DNA from: Escherichia coli
Lineage (GTDB): Bacteria; Pseudomonadota; Gammaproteobacteria; Enterobacterales; Enterobacteriaceae
Assembly (NCBI RefSeq): GCF_003019035.1
Contig: NZ_CP027447.1
DNA: 64,000 nucleotides
Reading direction: 5' to 3' (one strand)
The notes beneath the pieces were generated by a model, which worked only from the letters and a program-made list of their open reading frames with translations, had not been told where the DNA came from and did not search any database. Below, piece by piece: positions 33,762 through 42,789 of the stretch. Both the position numbers and the translations under genes were made by a program. Positions within the stretch are counted from its first letter, which is position 1, and every line of letters starts with the position of its first letter.

Positions 33762-34061
33762 ATGGTGACTGACATGAAGTGTAATCGTAAGCGCTGGTCA
33801 CGCGAAGACCGGGAATTTATCGAAGCCAACGTCGGAAAAATGACCGTTGAAGAAATGGCGGAAAAACTGAAAGTCGCCACAACCGCCCTCCGGGCACATG
33901 CCAGAAGGCACGGAATATCATTGTGTGTATACCGAATCAGTGAACACGACAAATATTTATGTCGTGAACTTTATAAAGAAGGACTGGATATTCATGTCAT
34001 TGCCCGAAAGATGGAATTAAGCAATCGAGCTGTATCCAGCATTGTATACAGCGGATATTAA
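33762..34061 (+). CDS. Early-region hypothetical protein with HTH-like segments
   Basis: 99-aa ORF contiguous with upstream gene. Confidence 0.45.
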   Translation: MVTDMKCNRKRWSREDREFIEANVGKMTVEEMAEKLKVATTALRAHARRHGISLCVYRISEHDKYLCRELYKEGLDIHVIARKMELSNRAVSSIVYSGY

Positions 34062-34080
34062 TTAACAGGAGCTTTAATTT

Positions 34081-34605
34081 ATGGCTAAACCAGCAAAACG
34101 TATCAAAAGTGCCGCAGCGGCTTATGTGCCACAAAACCGCGATGCGGTGATTACCGATATTAAACGCATCGGGGATTTACAGCGCGAAGCATCACGTCTG
34201 GAAACGGAAATGAATGATGCCATCGCGGAAATTACGGAGAAATTTGCAGCCCGGATTGCACCGATTAAAACCGATATTGAAACCCTTTCAAAAGGTGTTC
34301 AGGGATGGTGTGAAGCGAACCGCGACGAACTGACAAACGGCGGCAAAGTGAAGACGGCGAATCTTGTCACCGGTGATGTATCGTGGCGGGTCCGTCCACC
34401 ATCAGTAAGTATTCGTGGTATGGATGCAGTGATGGAAACGCTGGAGCGTCTTGGCCTGCAACGCTTTATTCGCACGAAGCAGGAAATCAACAAGGAAGCG
34501 ATTTTACTAGAACCGAAAGCGGTCGCAGGTGTTGCCGGAATTACAGTTAAATCGGGAATTGAAGATTTTTCCATTATTCCGTTTGAACAGGAAGCCGGTA
34601 TTTAA
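34081..34605 (+). CDS. gam: Gam host-nuclease inhibitor (Ku-like DNA end-binding protein)
   Basis: 174-aa ORF, size and sequence character of Mu Gam; AGGAG RBS. Confidence 0.85.
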   Translation: MAKPAKRIKSAAAAYVPQNRDAVITDIKRIGDLQREASRLETEMNDAIAEITEKFAARIAPIKTDIETLSKGVQGWCEANRDELTNGGKVKTANLVTGDVSWRVRPPSVSIRGMDAVMETLERLGLQRFIRTKQEINKEAILLEPKAVAGVAGITVKSGIEDFSIIPFEQEAGI

Positions 34606-34703
34606 TACCACCATTAATATTTAATTAATTCACATTCTTTTAATTATGGCGCGATGCGTCAGGGGATTGCTCGCGCCTGAAACAGATTACTGAGGAATAA
34701 AAC

Positions 34704-35234
34704 ATGGTTGATGCAAAAATTCTGAATGGTGTCAGCACATTATTACGGGCTTACGGACGCCTGACCTGCGGAGTTCTGGCTGAAAAAATGAAGATGCCTC
34801 CCTCATCAATGGTGTATTTCCTGCGTGATGCGGTTGATGTCGGCGTTCTCACCGAATGCAACGGATTTTATGACGTTCCGCGCCCGCGTCCGACGCCGCC
34901 TGTAAGACGAAACGCAACTGAGCAGCCTGCTGTTGATGATGCGGTGTGGTGCAACTGGCGTCGCTCATTACCCTGGGTGGAAGGTAATACCATCCCCGCA
35001 CTGGCAAAAGAGTTTGCGACAGGCGTACTGACCTGTGAGTCCGTTCACATCGTTGCAGAAGTGGATGACGAGATGTGCAAACAGGGAATGCCACGTTTTG
35101 TGATGGCTTATATCGATATCCGGCTGGGGCGGTTTATTTGCAGTTCAAGCGCCTGGAATATCACCGACCATGTACTGCGTTATCTCATTCTTGATTGTTC
35201 TCCGGCTCCCGTAGCGGTGCAGGAGGTGGCGTGA
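34704..35234 (+). CDS. Early-region hypothetical protein
   Basis: 176-aa ORF downstream of gam. Confidence 0.5.
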   Translation: MVDAKILNGVSTLLRAYGRLTCGVLAEKMKMPPSSMVYFLRDAVDVGVLTECNGFYDVPRPRPTPPVRRNATEQPAVDDAVWCNWRRSLPWVEGNTIPALAKEFATGVLTCESVHIVAEVDDEMCKQGMPRFVMAYIDIRLGRFICSSSAWNITDHVLRYLILDCSPAPVAVQEVA

Positions 35235-35758
35235 TGTTTTTTAAAACGTCAAATCCCGCAGCACTGCTGGCGTGGGACCAGTTTATGGCGGACTGTCTGA
35301 AACTACGCGAAGAAGCCCGCCATCTTGATAAGGTTCTGGGTTGTGGTTGCCGGTCAGTATTCAGCACAGGTATTGGTGGGCGTTATTTTCATGGTGTGAA
35401 CTTTCCGGGGAATGAGCGCCCTTTCTCGCGGGAGCTGTGGACCGTACAACGGCCCGCATCAGGTAACAGTTGCAGGCCTAGAACTTCGCGGATACCTGTT
35501 CATCTCAGGGAGCAGGCAAAAGAGCTGGCGAAAATATGGCAGGAGAATATTCCGGTCACTTATGCCCGCACAGATGCTCTTTTACCCGCACTGGGACTGG
35601 ATTTCAGCGCAACAATATTCGGGCCGCTCCGGTGGTTCCGTGTTGGTGATGTGATTTACGTCATGACGGGGATGACACCCGCACAGGGCTGCATGACGGA
35701 AATCCTGTCCGATGAATTCATGAAGGCAAAGATTGCGTTAAAGGGGGCCGCTAAATGA
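35234..35758 (+). CDS. Early-region hypothetical protein
   Basis: ORF 35195..35758; likely ATG 35234 (MFFKTSNPAALLAWDQF) with AGGAGG RBS at 35221, overlapping upstream stop. Confidence 0.5.
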   Translation: MFFKTSNPAALLAWDQFMADCLKLREEARHLDKVLGCGCRSVFSTGIGGRYFHGVNFPGNERPFSRELWTVQRPASGNSCRPRTSRIPVHLREQAKELAKIWQENIPVTYARTDALLPALGLDFSATIFGPLRWFRVGDVIYVMTGMTPAQGCMTEILSDEFMKAKIALKGAAK

Positions 35759-36423
35759 AAGAACGTGGCGTTGCTTTTAATGACGATATGGTCAGGGCAA
35801 TTCTCGAAGGAAGAAAGACGCAAACACGCCGCCCGGTAAAAAATGTCGGACACGATAACTGTCTGGTTATCCATCGTAACGGTGTTTATACCCACGTTAT
35901 GGATGCACCTGAGCATGGTTTATGCCCGTTCGGTAACGTTGGTGATCGCATCTGGGTCCGTGAAGCGTGGGCAATATTAGGCAATGAGGATGGTTGCAGT
36001 GTGGACTGGAACGGCAACCTTTGTCATGGCGATGAGAAGAAGGCAGCAAGGATTTATCGGGCAAGTTGTGAACAAAAGCCTGGTGATTACGGTCTGTGGT
36101 CAATACCTGATGATGCTGACTGGAAACCTCGCACTGTGAATGAAAAGTTTGATGGCAGGTGGTGCCCATCTATCCACATGCCGCGCTGGGCGTCGCGCAT
36201 TCTGTTGGGAATAACCGACGTGCGTGTGGAACGGCTGCATGATATTAGCGAGGCAGATGCGAAAGCGGAAGGCGCATTTCCGGCGACGTACAAAATTACG
36301 CCACCGGAAGCTGTTTATCGCGTTGGTTTTGGTGATATCTGGCGCGGTATTTATGGGCAAGATAACTGGCTGTCTAATCCGTGGGTATGGGTAATTGAGT
36401 TTAAGCGTATTCAGGAAGCATAA
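35755..36423 (+). CDS. Conserved prophage protein (ASCH/PUA-like N-terminal motif suspected)
   Basis: 222-aa ORF with N-terminal MVRAILEGRKTQTRRP and GDRIWVREAW motifs, recurrent in prophage proteins. Confidence 0.5.
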   Translation: MKERGVAFNDDMVRAILEGRKTQTRRPVKNVGHDNCLVIHRNGVYTHVMDAPEHGLCPFGNVGDRIWVREAWAILGNEDGCSVDWNGNLCHGDEKKAARIYRASCEQKPGDYGLWSIPDDADWKPRTVNEKFDGRWCPSIHMPRWASRILLGITDVRVERLHDISEADAKAEGAFPATYKITPPEAVYRVGFGDIWRGIYGQDNWLSNPWVWVIEFKRIQEA

Positions 36424-36425
36424 CT

Positions 36426-36767
36426 ATGAGCAAATCACTTAATGCACGTTGTATTCGCCGTTGGGAAGTCAGATTTAAGCCTGTTTGTGATTCAAAAGTT
36501 AGCCCTCACATGCGTAAAAGCTTTTTGCGTGGGGTGCGTGAATTAGGGCTTATTACGGCTGAAAACATGGTTGAAAGCATGGCTGAGAAAAACGCCAGGT
36601 TTGATTACGACGGCAAGGACACAGGCTGGTCACCGGAGTTTTCTAACTGGTATGCAACATGCCGAGAAAAGTATTGTAAAGAGGCCCGCGACTATCTGGA
36701 TGAAGAAGTCACAAACGATGAGATCGATGAAGAAATCAGAACTGAGCTAGAGTATTGGAATGACTAA
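36426..36767 (+). CDS. Early-region hypothetical protein with acidic C-terminal tail
   Basis: 113-aa ORF ending DYLDEEVTNDEIDEEIRTELEYWND. Confidence 0.45.
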   Translation: MSKSLNARCIRRWEVRFKPVCDSKVSPHMRKSFLRGVRELGLITAENMVESMAEKNARFDYDGKDTGWSPEFSNWYATCREKYCKEARDYLDEEVTNDEIDEEIRTELEYWND

Positions 36768-36837
36768 TCTGGCCGATATGACCGGAAAGTGTTTCAGCGA
36801 TACAAGCGGTGTGGTAGCACCGCTTTTTAAAGGTATG

Positions 36838-37392
36838 ATCATGAGTCGCACATCCCTGATTAAATTAATCCATGTCGCCCGTCGTGATCTACAACTCGAC
36901 GACGATACTTACCGCGCTTTTCTGATGCAGAAAACGGGCAAAATCAGTTGCCGCGAGCTGACGGTAACGCAACTGGAACAGGTGCTCGATGCCATGAAAG
37001 AACGCGGCTTTAAGAAGCTGAATAAACATCCACGTCGCCGCTTTAAGGGGCATGTCACGCCCCGCGAGAAGGTATACAAAGTCTGGCAGCAGATGGCAGA
37101 AGACGGTTTTATTACCGATGGCGGTGATGTGGCGCTGGATAAATATGTTCAGCGCCTGACGGCGAAACGTAATGGCGGACAGGGTGTTTCCACGCTGGCG
37201 TGGTGTCATGGCGACACCCTGTTGATTGTTCTCGAAACTCTCAAGCAGTGGCATATCCGCTGTATTCGTGAAGCCTTTTCCCGTCACGGGCTTCCGTTGC
37301 CGGTCAGTCCGTCCGGGCGTGAACTGCGCGGCTATGATGCCATGACGGCGGCTTATGCCCATGCCAGAAAGACACGGAGGATGGCACAATGA
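36838..37392 (+). CDS. gemA: GemA-like protein
   Basis: ORF 36760..37392; probable internal start MIMSRTSLIKLIHVARRDLQLDD; sits immediately upstream of mor as in Mu. Confidence 0.6.
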   Translation: MMSRTSLIKLIHVARRDLQLDDDTYRAFLMQKTGKISCRELTVTQLEQVLDAMKERGFKKLNKHPRRRFKGHVTPREKVYKVWQQMAEDGFITDGGDVALDKYVQRLTAKRNGGQGVSTLAWCHGDTLLIVLETLKQWHIRCIREAFSRHGLPLPVSPSGRELRGYDAMTAAYAHARKTRRMAQ

Positions 37393-37778
37393 CGGAAGAT
37401 TTATTTGGTGATTTGCAGGATGACACCATCCTGGCACATCTTGACAATCCCGCAGAGGATACGTCACGCTTTCCGGCACTGCTGGCGGAGCTGAACGATT
37501 TACTGCGCGGGGAATTGTCCCGGCTGGGTGTTGATCCTGCCCATTCACTGGAGATTGTAGTGGCTATCTGTAAGCATCTGGGCGGCGGTCAGGTCTACAT
37601 TCCACGCGGTCAGGTTCTGGACTCGCTGATTCGGGATTTGCGTATCTGGAATGATTTTAACGGTCGCAACGTCAGCGAACTGACCACCCGTTATGGTGTC
37701 ACTTTCAATACGGTTTACAAGGCCATTCGCCGGATGCGACGGCTGAAATACCGCCAGTACCAGCCCTCACTTCTGTAA
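37389..37778 (+). CDS. mor: Middle operon regulator Mor
   Basis: 129-aa ORF; C-terminal HTH (NGRNVSELTTRYGVTFNTVYKAIRR) homologous to protein C downstream. Confidence 0.85.
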   Translation: MTEDLFGDLQDDTILAHLDNPAEDTSRFPALLAELNDLLRGELSRLGVDPAHSLEIVVAICKHLGGGQVYIPRGQVLDSLIRDLRIWNDFNGRNVSELTTRYGVTFNTVYKAIRRMRRLKYRQYQPSLL

Positions 37779-37783
37779 ACAGT

Positions 37784-37808
37784 AAAGCCGGTTAATCCGG
37801 CTTTTTTT
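37784..37808 (+). terminator. Rho-independent terminator after mor (end of early transcript)
   Basis: AAAGCCGG-TTAA-CCGGCTTTTTTT. Confidence 0.7.
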
Positions 37809-37855
37809 ACGTCCTCAATATCCTGTGATGAATAACCGTACCGGGGGAAATCATC

Positions 37856-38086
37856 ATGGGTAAAGGCTGGAATGCATCCTTTCATCTTGGCAGACGTGAG
37901 CGGCTGCGTCAGGAGGTTTTGCACCGTGTCGCCGGTGGGCCTCGGCCTTCGCCCCGCGACTATACCGGTCATGATGGCACCCACGGCAGTTATTACATGA
38001 AAGGCTGGCAGTCAGTTGATATGCCGGAAATTCTTCACCACTGTCAACGTTATAAGGAAAAATATTGTGTACAGAAAATTCAGTGA
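37856..38086 (+). CDS. Hypothetical small protein between mor and C
   Basis: 76-aa ORF; weak support. Confidence 0.3.
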   Translation: MGKGWNASFHLGRRERLRQEVLHRVAGGPRPSPRDYTGHDGTHGSYYMKGWQSVDMPEILHHCQRYKEKYCVQKIQ

Positions 38087-38119
38087 TGAATGTTTCGGGC
38101 CGTCCACGCTGATTAGTGC

Positions 38120-38197
38120 GATAAAAGTGATTGCCCTTGTGGTTCTGATAACCATCAGTGCCGTGGTGTATCTTTCTGTCTGTTAACCGGGGGAAAT
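38120..38197 (+). promoter_or_regulatory. Probable Mor-dependent middle promoter region (Pm) upstream of C
   Basis: Position only: in Mu, Pm lies directly upstream of C. Confidence 0.3.
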
Positions 38198-38620
38198 ATG
38201 CAGCATGATTTATTTGAACACGATCCGGCAATTCGCCAGTTAATCGGACATATTGATAACATCCCGGCCCCGGAACTGGAATCACGCTGGCCCCGTTCGG
38301 TGGTTGATCTGATTGATGTTCTGGAAAACGAACTGAAACGCCAGAACGTCAGCAATCCCCGTGAACTTGCCCGTAAACAGGCCGTTGCCCTGTCCTGTTT
38401 TCTGGGGGGGCGGCAGTTTTACATCCCCTGCGGCGATACTATCCTGACCGCGTTACGCGACGATTTGCTTTACTGCCAGTTCAATGGTCGTAACATGGAA
38501 GAACTGCGTCGCCAGTACCGCCTGTCCCAGCCGCAGATCTACCAGATTATTGCCCGCCAGAGAAAGCTGCATACACGACGTCATCAGCCTGATCTGTTCT
38601 CACCTGAAAGCCAGAAATAA
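38198..38620 (+). CDS. C: Late transcription activator C
   Basis: 140-aa ORF; C-terminal region (NGRNMEELRRQYRLSQPQIYQIIARQRK) paralogous to Mor. Confidence 0.85.
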   Translation: MQHDLFEHDPAIRQLIGHIDNIPAPELESRWPRSVVDLIDVLENELKRQNVSNPRELARKQAVALSCFLGGRQFYIPCGDTILTALRDDLLYCQFNGRNMEELRRQYRLSQPQIYQIIARQRKLHTRRHQPDLFSPESQK

Positions 38621-38646
38621 CCGGCATCCTGCCGGTTATTTCCTGT
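38620..38646 (+). terminator. Hairpin after C
   Basis: CCGGCA-TCC-TGCCGG followed by TTATTT. Confidence 0.4.
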
Positions 38647-38649
38647 CAC

Positions 38650-38711
38650 CATAATCCCGCACCTGCCATCTGATTTTTTAGACTGCCATCAGAGCATTTT
38701 TTCAGGGAAGC
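38650..38711 (+). promoter_or_regulatory. Probable C-dependent late promoter (Plys) region
   Basis: Position only, between C and lys. Confidence 0.3.
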
Positions 38712-39230
38712 ATGATGGCGGGGATACCAAAAAAACTGAAAGCCGCACTGCTGGCGGTAACGATTGCCGGTGGCGGTGTGGGTGGTTATCAGGAAATGAC
38801 CCGTCAGTCTCTGATCCACCTGGAAAATATCGCTTATCTGCCTTACCGCGATATTGCCGGTGTGCTTACGGTCTGTGTGGGACATACCGGGCCGGATATC
38901 GAAATGCGCCGTTACAGCCATGCGGAGTGTATGGCTCTCCTCGACAGTGATTTAAAACCGGTTTATGCGGCAATCGATCGTCTTGTCAGGGTGCCGCTGA
39001 CGCCATATCAGAAAACGGCGCTGGCAACGTTTATTTTCAACACCGGTGTTACCGCATTCAGTAAAACAACGTTGCTGAAAAAACTCAATGCCGGTGATTA
39101 CGCCGGAGCGCGTGACCAGATGGCCCGCTGGGTGTTTGCCGCAGGCCATAAATGGAAAGGACTGATGAACCGTCGCGAAGTGGAAATGGCAATCTGGAAT
39201 ATCAGGGGGGCGGATGACCTTCGCCAGTAA
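38712..39230 (+). CDS. lys: Endolysin (lysozyme-like) with N-terminal signal-anchor
   Basis: 172-aa ORF; N-terminal hydrophobic Gly-rich segment LKAALLAVTIAGGGVGG. Confidence 0.8.
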   Translation: MMAGIPKKLKAALLAVTIAGGGVGGYQEMTRQSLIHLENIAYLPYRDIAGVLTVCVGHTGPDIEMRRYSHAECMALLDSDLKPVYAAIDRLVRVPLTPYQKTALATFIFNTGVTAFSKTTLLKKLNAGDYAGARDQMARWVFAAGHKWKGLMNRREVEMAIWNIRGADDLRQ

Positions 39231-39600
39231 AAGTTTACTGCTGGCAGCCGTGTTTGCCGCCGTTCTGTCTGGGGTGTTGTGGCACAGGCTGGACAGCACC
39301 CGCCACGATAACCAGACGCTGCGCCGTGAATTACAGACGGAGCAACAGGCCCGCAACACGGCTGAATGGTTGTTACACAGTCAGGAACAGACGATGCAGG
39401 TATTTTCCGCTATCCGTGCCGCAAATCGTGCCGCGCGGCTGGCAGATGAGACAGAACATCATGATGCAAAACAAAAAATTACAACCGCCATTACCGGTGA
39501 CAATTGCAGCACTCGTCCTGTGCCTGCCGTTGCTGCTGACAGGTTGCGGGAACTCGAAAAACGCACCCGTGCCATCGGTGGTGATCCTGCCCGAAACTGA
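39214..39600 (+). CDS. Inner-membrane spanin-like protein
   Basis: 128-aa ORF with N-terminal TM helix (LLLAAVFAAVLSGVLW) then charged coiled-coil-like region. Confidence 0.55.
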   Translation: MTFASKSLLLAAVFAAVLSGVLWHRLDSTRHDNQTLRRELQTEQQARNTAEWLLHSQEQTMQVFSAIRAANRAARLADETEHHDAKQKITTAITGDNCSTRPVPAVAADRLRELEKRTRAIGGDPARN

Positions 39601-39802
39601 TGCAGAACTGACGGAAGCAACGCCCGTTCCGCCCATGCCACAGCCCCTGACGTGGGGAGCATCCCTTCTCTGGAATGCTGACCTGCTGATGGCGCTCGGG
39701 CAGTGCAACCGCGACAAGGCATCAGTCCGGGAACAGGAGACCCGGAGGAAAGAAATTTATGAACGAAGACCAGAACCGGGCGGTGGCGCTGCTGCTCGCT
39801 GA
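39461..39802 (+). CDS. Outer-membrane lipoprotein spanin-like protein, overlapping the preceding gene out of frame
   Basis: Within ORF 39254..39802: MMQNKKLQPPLPVTIAALVLCLPLLLTGC... with lipobox LTGC; Pro-rich. Confidence 0.45.
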   Translation: MMQNKKLQPPLPVTIAALVLCLPLLLTGCGNSKNAPVPSVVILPETDAELTEATPVPPMPQPLTWGASLLWNADLLMALGQCNRDKASVREQETRRKEIYERRPEPGGGAAAR

Positions 39803-39953
39803 ACTCTGGCAGGGGAATACCCGTGATATTCCCCGTCCGGCGGCGTATGACCCGCCTGTATTGTGTGCCGGTTGCGGTCGTGAGCTGCGGCCTGATGTGC
39901 TGAGACAGCAGCCAATGGCGAACTACTGCCACTGGTGCCGTGGAGCAGAATAA
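39759..39953 (+). CDS. Small Cys4 protein
   Basis: 64-aa ORF with CAGCG...CHWC. Confidence 0.35.
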   Translation: MNEDQNRAVALLLAELWQGNTRDIPRPAAYDPPVLCAGCGRELRPDVLRQQPMANYCHWCRGAE

Positions 39954-40252
39954 TGGATTTGATTTCAGTTTTAGCGTTATGGCCTTACCTGTTGCCTGTT
40001 GTGGCCGGTGGGGCCGTCTGGGCGATGCGTCGTAGTTTTGCCAGCACCGAGCGTGTGGAGCGTCTTGAAAACCGGATGACCGAAATGGAAACCCGCTACG
40101 CCAGCATCCCTGGCACAGAAGATGTACACGAAATGCGCCTGCGTATTGCAGAGCTGTCCGGCGATATCCGGGTGCTGTCCCAGCGGGTGCAGTCATTTTC
40201 CCATCAACTGGAGCTGCTGCTTGAAAACGCAGTAAACCGGAGTAATTCATGA
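39953..40252 (+). CDS. Hypothetical small membrane/coiled-coil protein
   Basis: ORF 39935..40252; likely ATG 39953 overlapping upstream stop; MDLISVLALWPYLLPVVAGGAVWA TM segment. Confidence 0.45.
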   Translation: MDLISVLALWPYLLPVVAGGAVWAMRRSFASTERVERLENRMTEMETRYASIPGTEDVHEMRLRIAELSGDIRVLSQRVQSFSHQLELLLENAVNRSNS

Positions 40253-40539
40253 TTAACGATATTCTGACCGAAGACCGTCGTCTGGTCATCCTGCGTTCCC
40301 TGATGGACTGCAATAACGAAGCCAACGAATCCATCCTTCAGGACTGTCTGGATGCATACGGACACAACGTTTCCCGCGATGTGGTTCGCGGCCAGATTGA
40401 CTGGCTGGCAGAGCAGCAACTGGTCACCGTGGAAAACCTGCGCGGCTTTTATGTCGTAACGCTGACCTCCCGAGGTCAGGATGTGGCGGAAGGCCGCGCC
40501 CGCGTTGCCGGTGTCAAGCGTCCGCGTCCCCGTGCATGA
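40249..40539 (+). CDS. Hypothetical protein upstream of terminase genes
   Basis: 96-aa ORF, 4-bp overlap with neighbours. Confidence 0.45.
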   Translation: MINDILTEDRRLVILRSLMDCNNEANESILQDCLDAYGHNVSRDVVRGQIDWLAEQQLVTVENLRGFYVVTLTSRGQDVAEGRARVAGVKRPRPRA

Positions 40540-41126
40540 CAGGAGGCGTGATGGACAGGAAAACACGGGGCCGGGCTTCAAAAGTGGATTTACTGCCGGA
40601 AAACGTACGTAAAACGCTGCATGAAATGCTGCGTGATAAGGCGATCCCACAGGCCCGCATTCTGGAAGAAATTAACGCACTGATTGAAGACGCTGGCCTG
40701 CCGGATGAGATGAAACTCTCCCGTTCCGGTCTGAACCGTTACGCGACGAACGTCGAGCAGGTAGGCCATAACCTGCGACAGATGCGTGAAATGACGTCAG
40801 CACTGACCGCAGAACTTGGCGACAAGCCAATGGGAGAAACCACAAAGCTGATTCTGGAAATGGCCCGCAGCCAGCTTTTTAAGGCCATGATGCGGCAAAT
40901 CGAAAACCCGGAATCTGACGTGGATATTGACCTGCTGAAAAATGCCATGCTGGCGGCACAGCGTCTGGAATCCACGGCAATGTCCAGCCACCGGCGCGAG
41001 AAAGAAATCCGCCAGGCATTCGCAGAAGAAGCGGCAAACGCCGTCAGTGAAGAACTGCGCGGGCAGGATGGCATCAGCGAAGAGCTGGAGCAGCGTATCC
41101 GTGATGTGCTGCTGGGTAAGGCATGA
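40536..41126 (+). CDS. Putative terminase small subunit
   Basis: 196-aa ORF immediately upstream of large terminase. Confidence 0.55.
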   Translation: MTGGVMDRKTRGRASKVDLLPENVRKTLHEMLRDKAIPQARILEEINALIEDAGLPDEMKLSRSGLNRYATNVEQVGHNLRQMREMTSALTAELGDKPMGETTKLILEMARSQLFKAMMRQIENPESDVDIDLLKNAMLAAQRLESTAMSSHRREKEIRQAFAEEAANAVSEELRGQDGISEELEQRIRDVLLGKA

Positions 41127-41133
41127 GAGGGTT

Positions 41134-42789
41134 ATGAACACCAGAGAAAACAACCTTAAAGCCCTTCATGCCCCCCGAAAAATCAACCTGCGTGAGGAAG
41201 CCGAACTGCTCGGCGTGAATATCGTGACCGATATCGGGGAAGCACAGCCCCGCAATGAACCGGTTTTTCTGGGCTATCAGCGCCGCTGGTTTGAGGATGA
41301 AAGCCAGATTTGCATCGCTGAAAAATCCCGTCGTACCGGTCTGACATGGGCCGAAGCGGGCCGCAATGTCATGACGGCAGCAAAGCCGCGCCGCCGTGGC
41401 GGTCGCAACGTCTTTTATGTGGGTTCCCGTCAGGAAATGGCGCTGGAATATATCGCCGCCTGTGCCCTGTTTGCCCGCGCCTTTAACCAGCTGGCAAAGG
41501 CTGATGTCTGGGAGCAGACCTTCTGGGACAGCGACAAAAAAGAAGAAATCCTCACTTATATGATCCGTTTCCCTAACAGCGGATTTAAGGTGCAGGCGCT
41601 GTCAAGCCGTCCGTCTAACCTGCGTGGTTTGCAGGGGGACGTGGTGATTGATGAGGCGGCATTTCATGAAGCCCTGGACGAACTCCTGAAAGCGGCCTTT
41701 GCTCTCACCATGTGGGGTGCCCGCGTGCGGATCATATCGACACATAACGGCGTCGATAACCTGTTTAACCAGTACATTCAGGATGCGCGCGAGGGGCGCA
41801 AGGATTACAGCGTTCACCGCATCACGCTGGATGATGCCATCGCTGACGGGTTGTACCGACGTATCTGTTACGTCACGAATCAGCCGTGGTCGCCGGAAGC
41901 GGAAAAAGCCTGGCGTGATGGCCTGTACCGGAATGCGCCGAATAAAGAGAGTGCCGACGAGGAATACGGCTGCATTCCTAAAAAATCCGGGGGCGCTTAT
42001 CTGTCACGCGTGCTGATTGAAGCCGCCATGACGCCAGCGCGGGATATCCCGATTCTGCGTTTTGAAGCCCCGGACGATTTTGAATCGCTGACACCACAAA
42101 TGCGCCACGGCATCGTTCAGGACTGGTGTGAACAGGAGCTGCTCCCGTTGCTCGATGCGCTGTCGCCGCTCAATAAACACGTACTGGGCGAAGACTTTGC
42201 ACGCCGTGGCGACCTGACGGTGTTTGTTCCGCTTGCCATCACTCCTGACTTACGCAAACGCGAATGTTTCCGCGTGGAGCTGCGTAATGTGACCTATGAC
42301 CAGCAGCGACAAATCCTTTTATTCATTCTGTCCCGTTTGCCCCGTTTTACCGGCGCTGCATTTGATGCCACCGGTAACGGCGGTTATCTGGCAGAAGCCA
42401 CCCGTCTGATTTATGGCCCGGAGATGATCGACTGTGTGAATCTGACCGCATCCTGGTATCAGGAGTGGATGCCAAAACTGAAAGGCGAGTTTGAAGCGCA
42501 GAACATCACGATTGCCCGGCACCAGACCACTCTTGATGACCTGCTCCACATCAAGGTGGACAAAGGTATTCCGCAGATTGATAAGGGGCGCACAAAAGAT
42601 GAAGGTGGTAAAGGCCGACGACATGGCGACTTTGCCGTGGCGCTCTGTATGGCTGTCAGAGCGTCTTATATGAATGGTTTTGTTATCGACGAGGACAGCA
42701 TACAGGCGCTGCCACCACGCCACCGTGGTGATGATGTTGATAACGATGATTTTGATGATTATCACCAGTTTGAACGAGGGGGCTGGTAA
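41134..42789 (+). CDS. Terminase large subunit
   Basis: ORF 40942..42789; probable ATG 41134 (MNTRENNLKALHAPRKINLREEAELLG), about 551 aa. Confidence 0.8.
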   Translation: MNTRENNLKALHAPRKINLREEAELLGVNIVTDIGEAQPRNEPVFLGYQRRWFEDESQICIAEKSRRTGLTWAEAGRNVMTAAKPRRRGGRNVFYVGSRQEMALEYIAACALFARAFNQLAKADVWEQTFWDSDKKEEILTYMIRFPNSGFKVQALSSRPSNLRGLQGDVVIDEAAFHEALDELLKAAFALTMWGARVRIISTHNGVDNLFNQYIQDAREGRKDYSVHRITLDDAIADGLYRRICYVTNQPWSPEAEKAWRDGLYRNAPNKESADEEYGCIPKKSGGAYLSRVLIEAAMTPARDIPILRFEAPDDFESLTPQMRHGIVQDWCEQELLPLLDALSPLNKHVLGEDFARRGDLTVFVPLAITPDLRKRECFRVELRNVTYDQQRQILLFILSRLPRFTGAAFDATGNGGYLAEATRLIYGPEMIDCVNLTASWYQEWMPKLKGEFEAQNITIARHQTTLDDLLHIKVDKGIPQIDKGRTKDEGGKGRRHGDFAVALCMAVRASYMNGFVIDEDSIQALPPRHRGDDVDNDDFDDYHQFERGGW

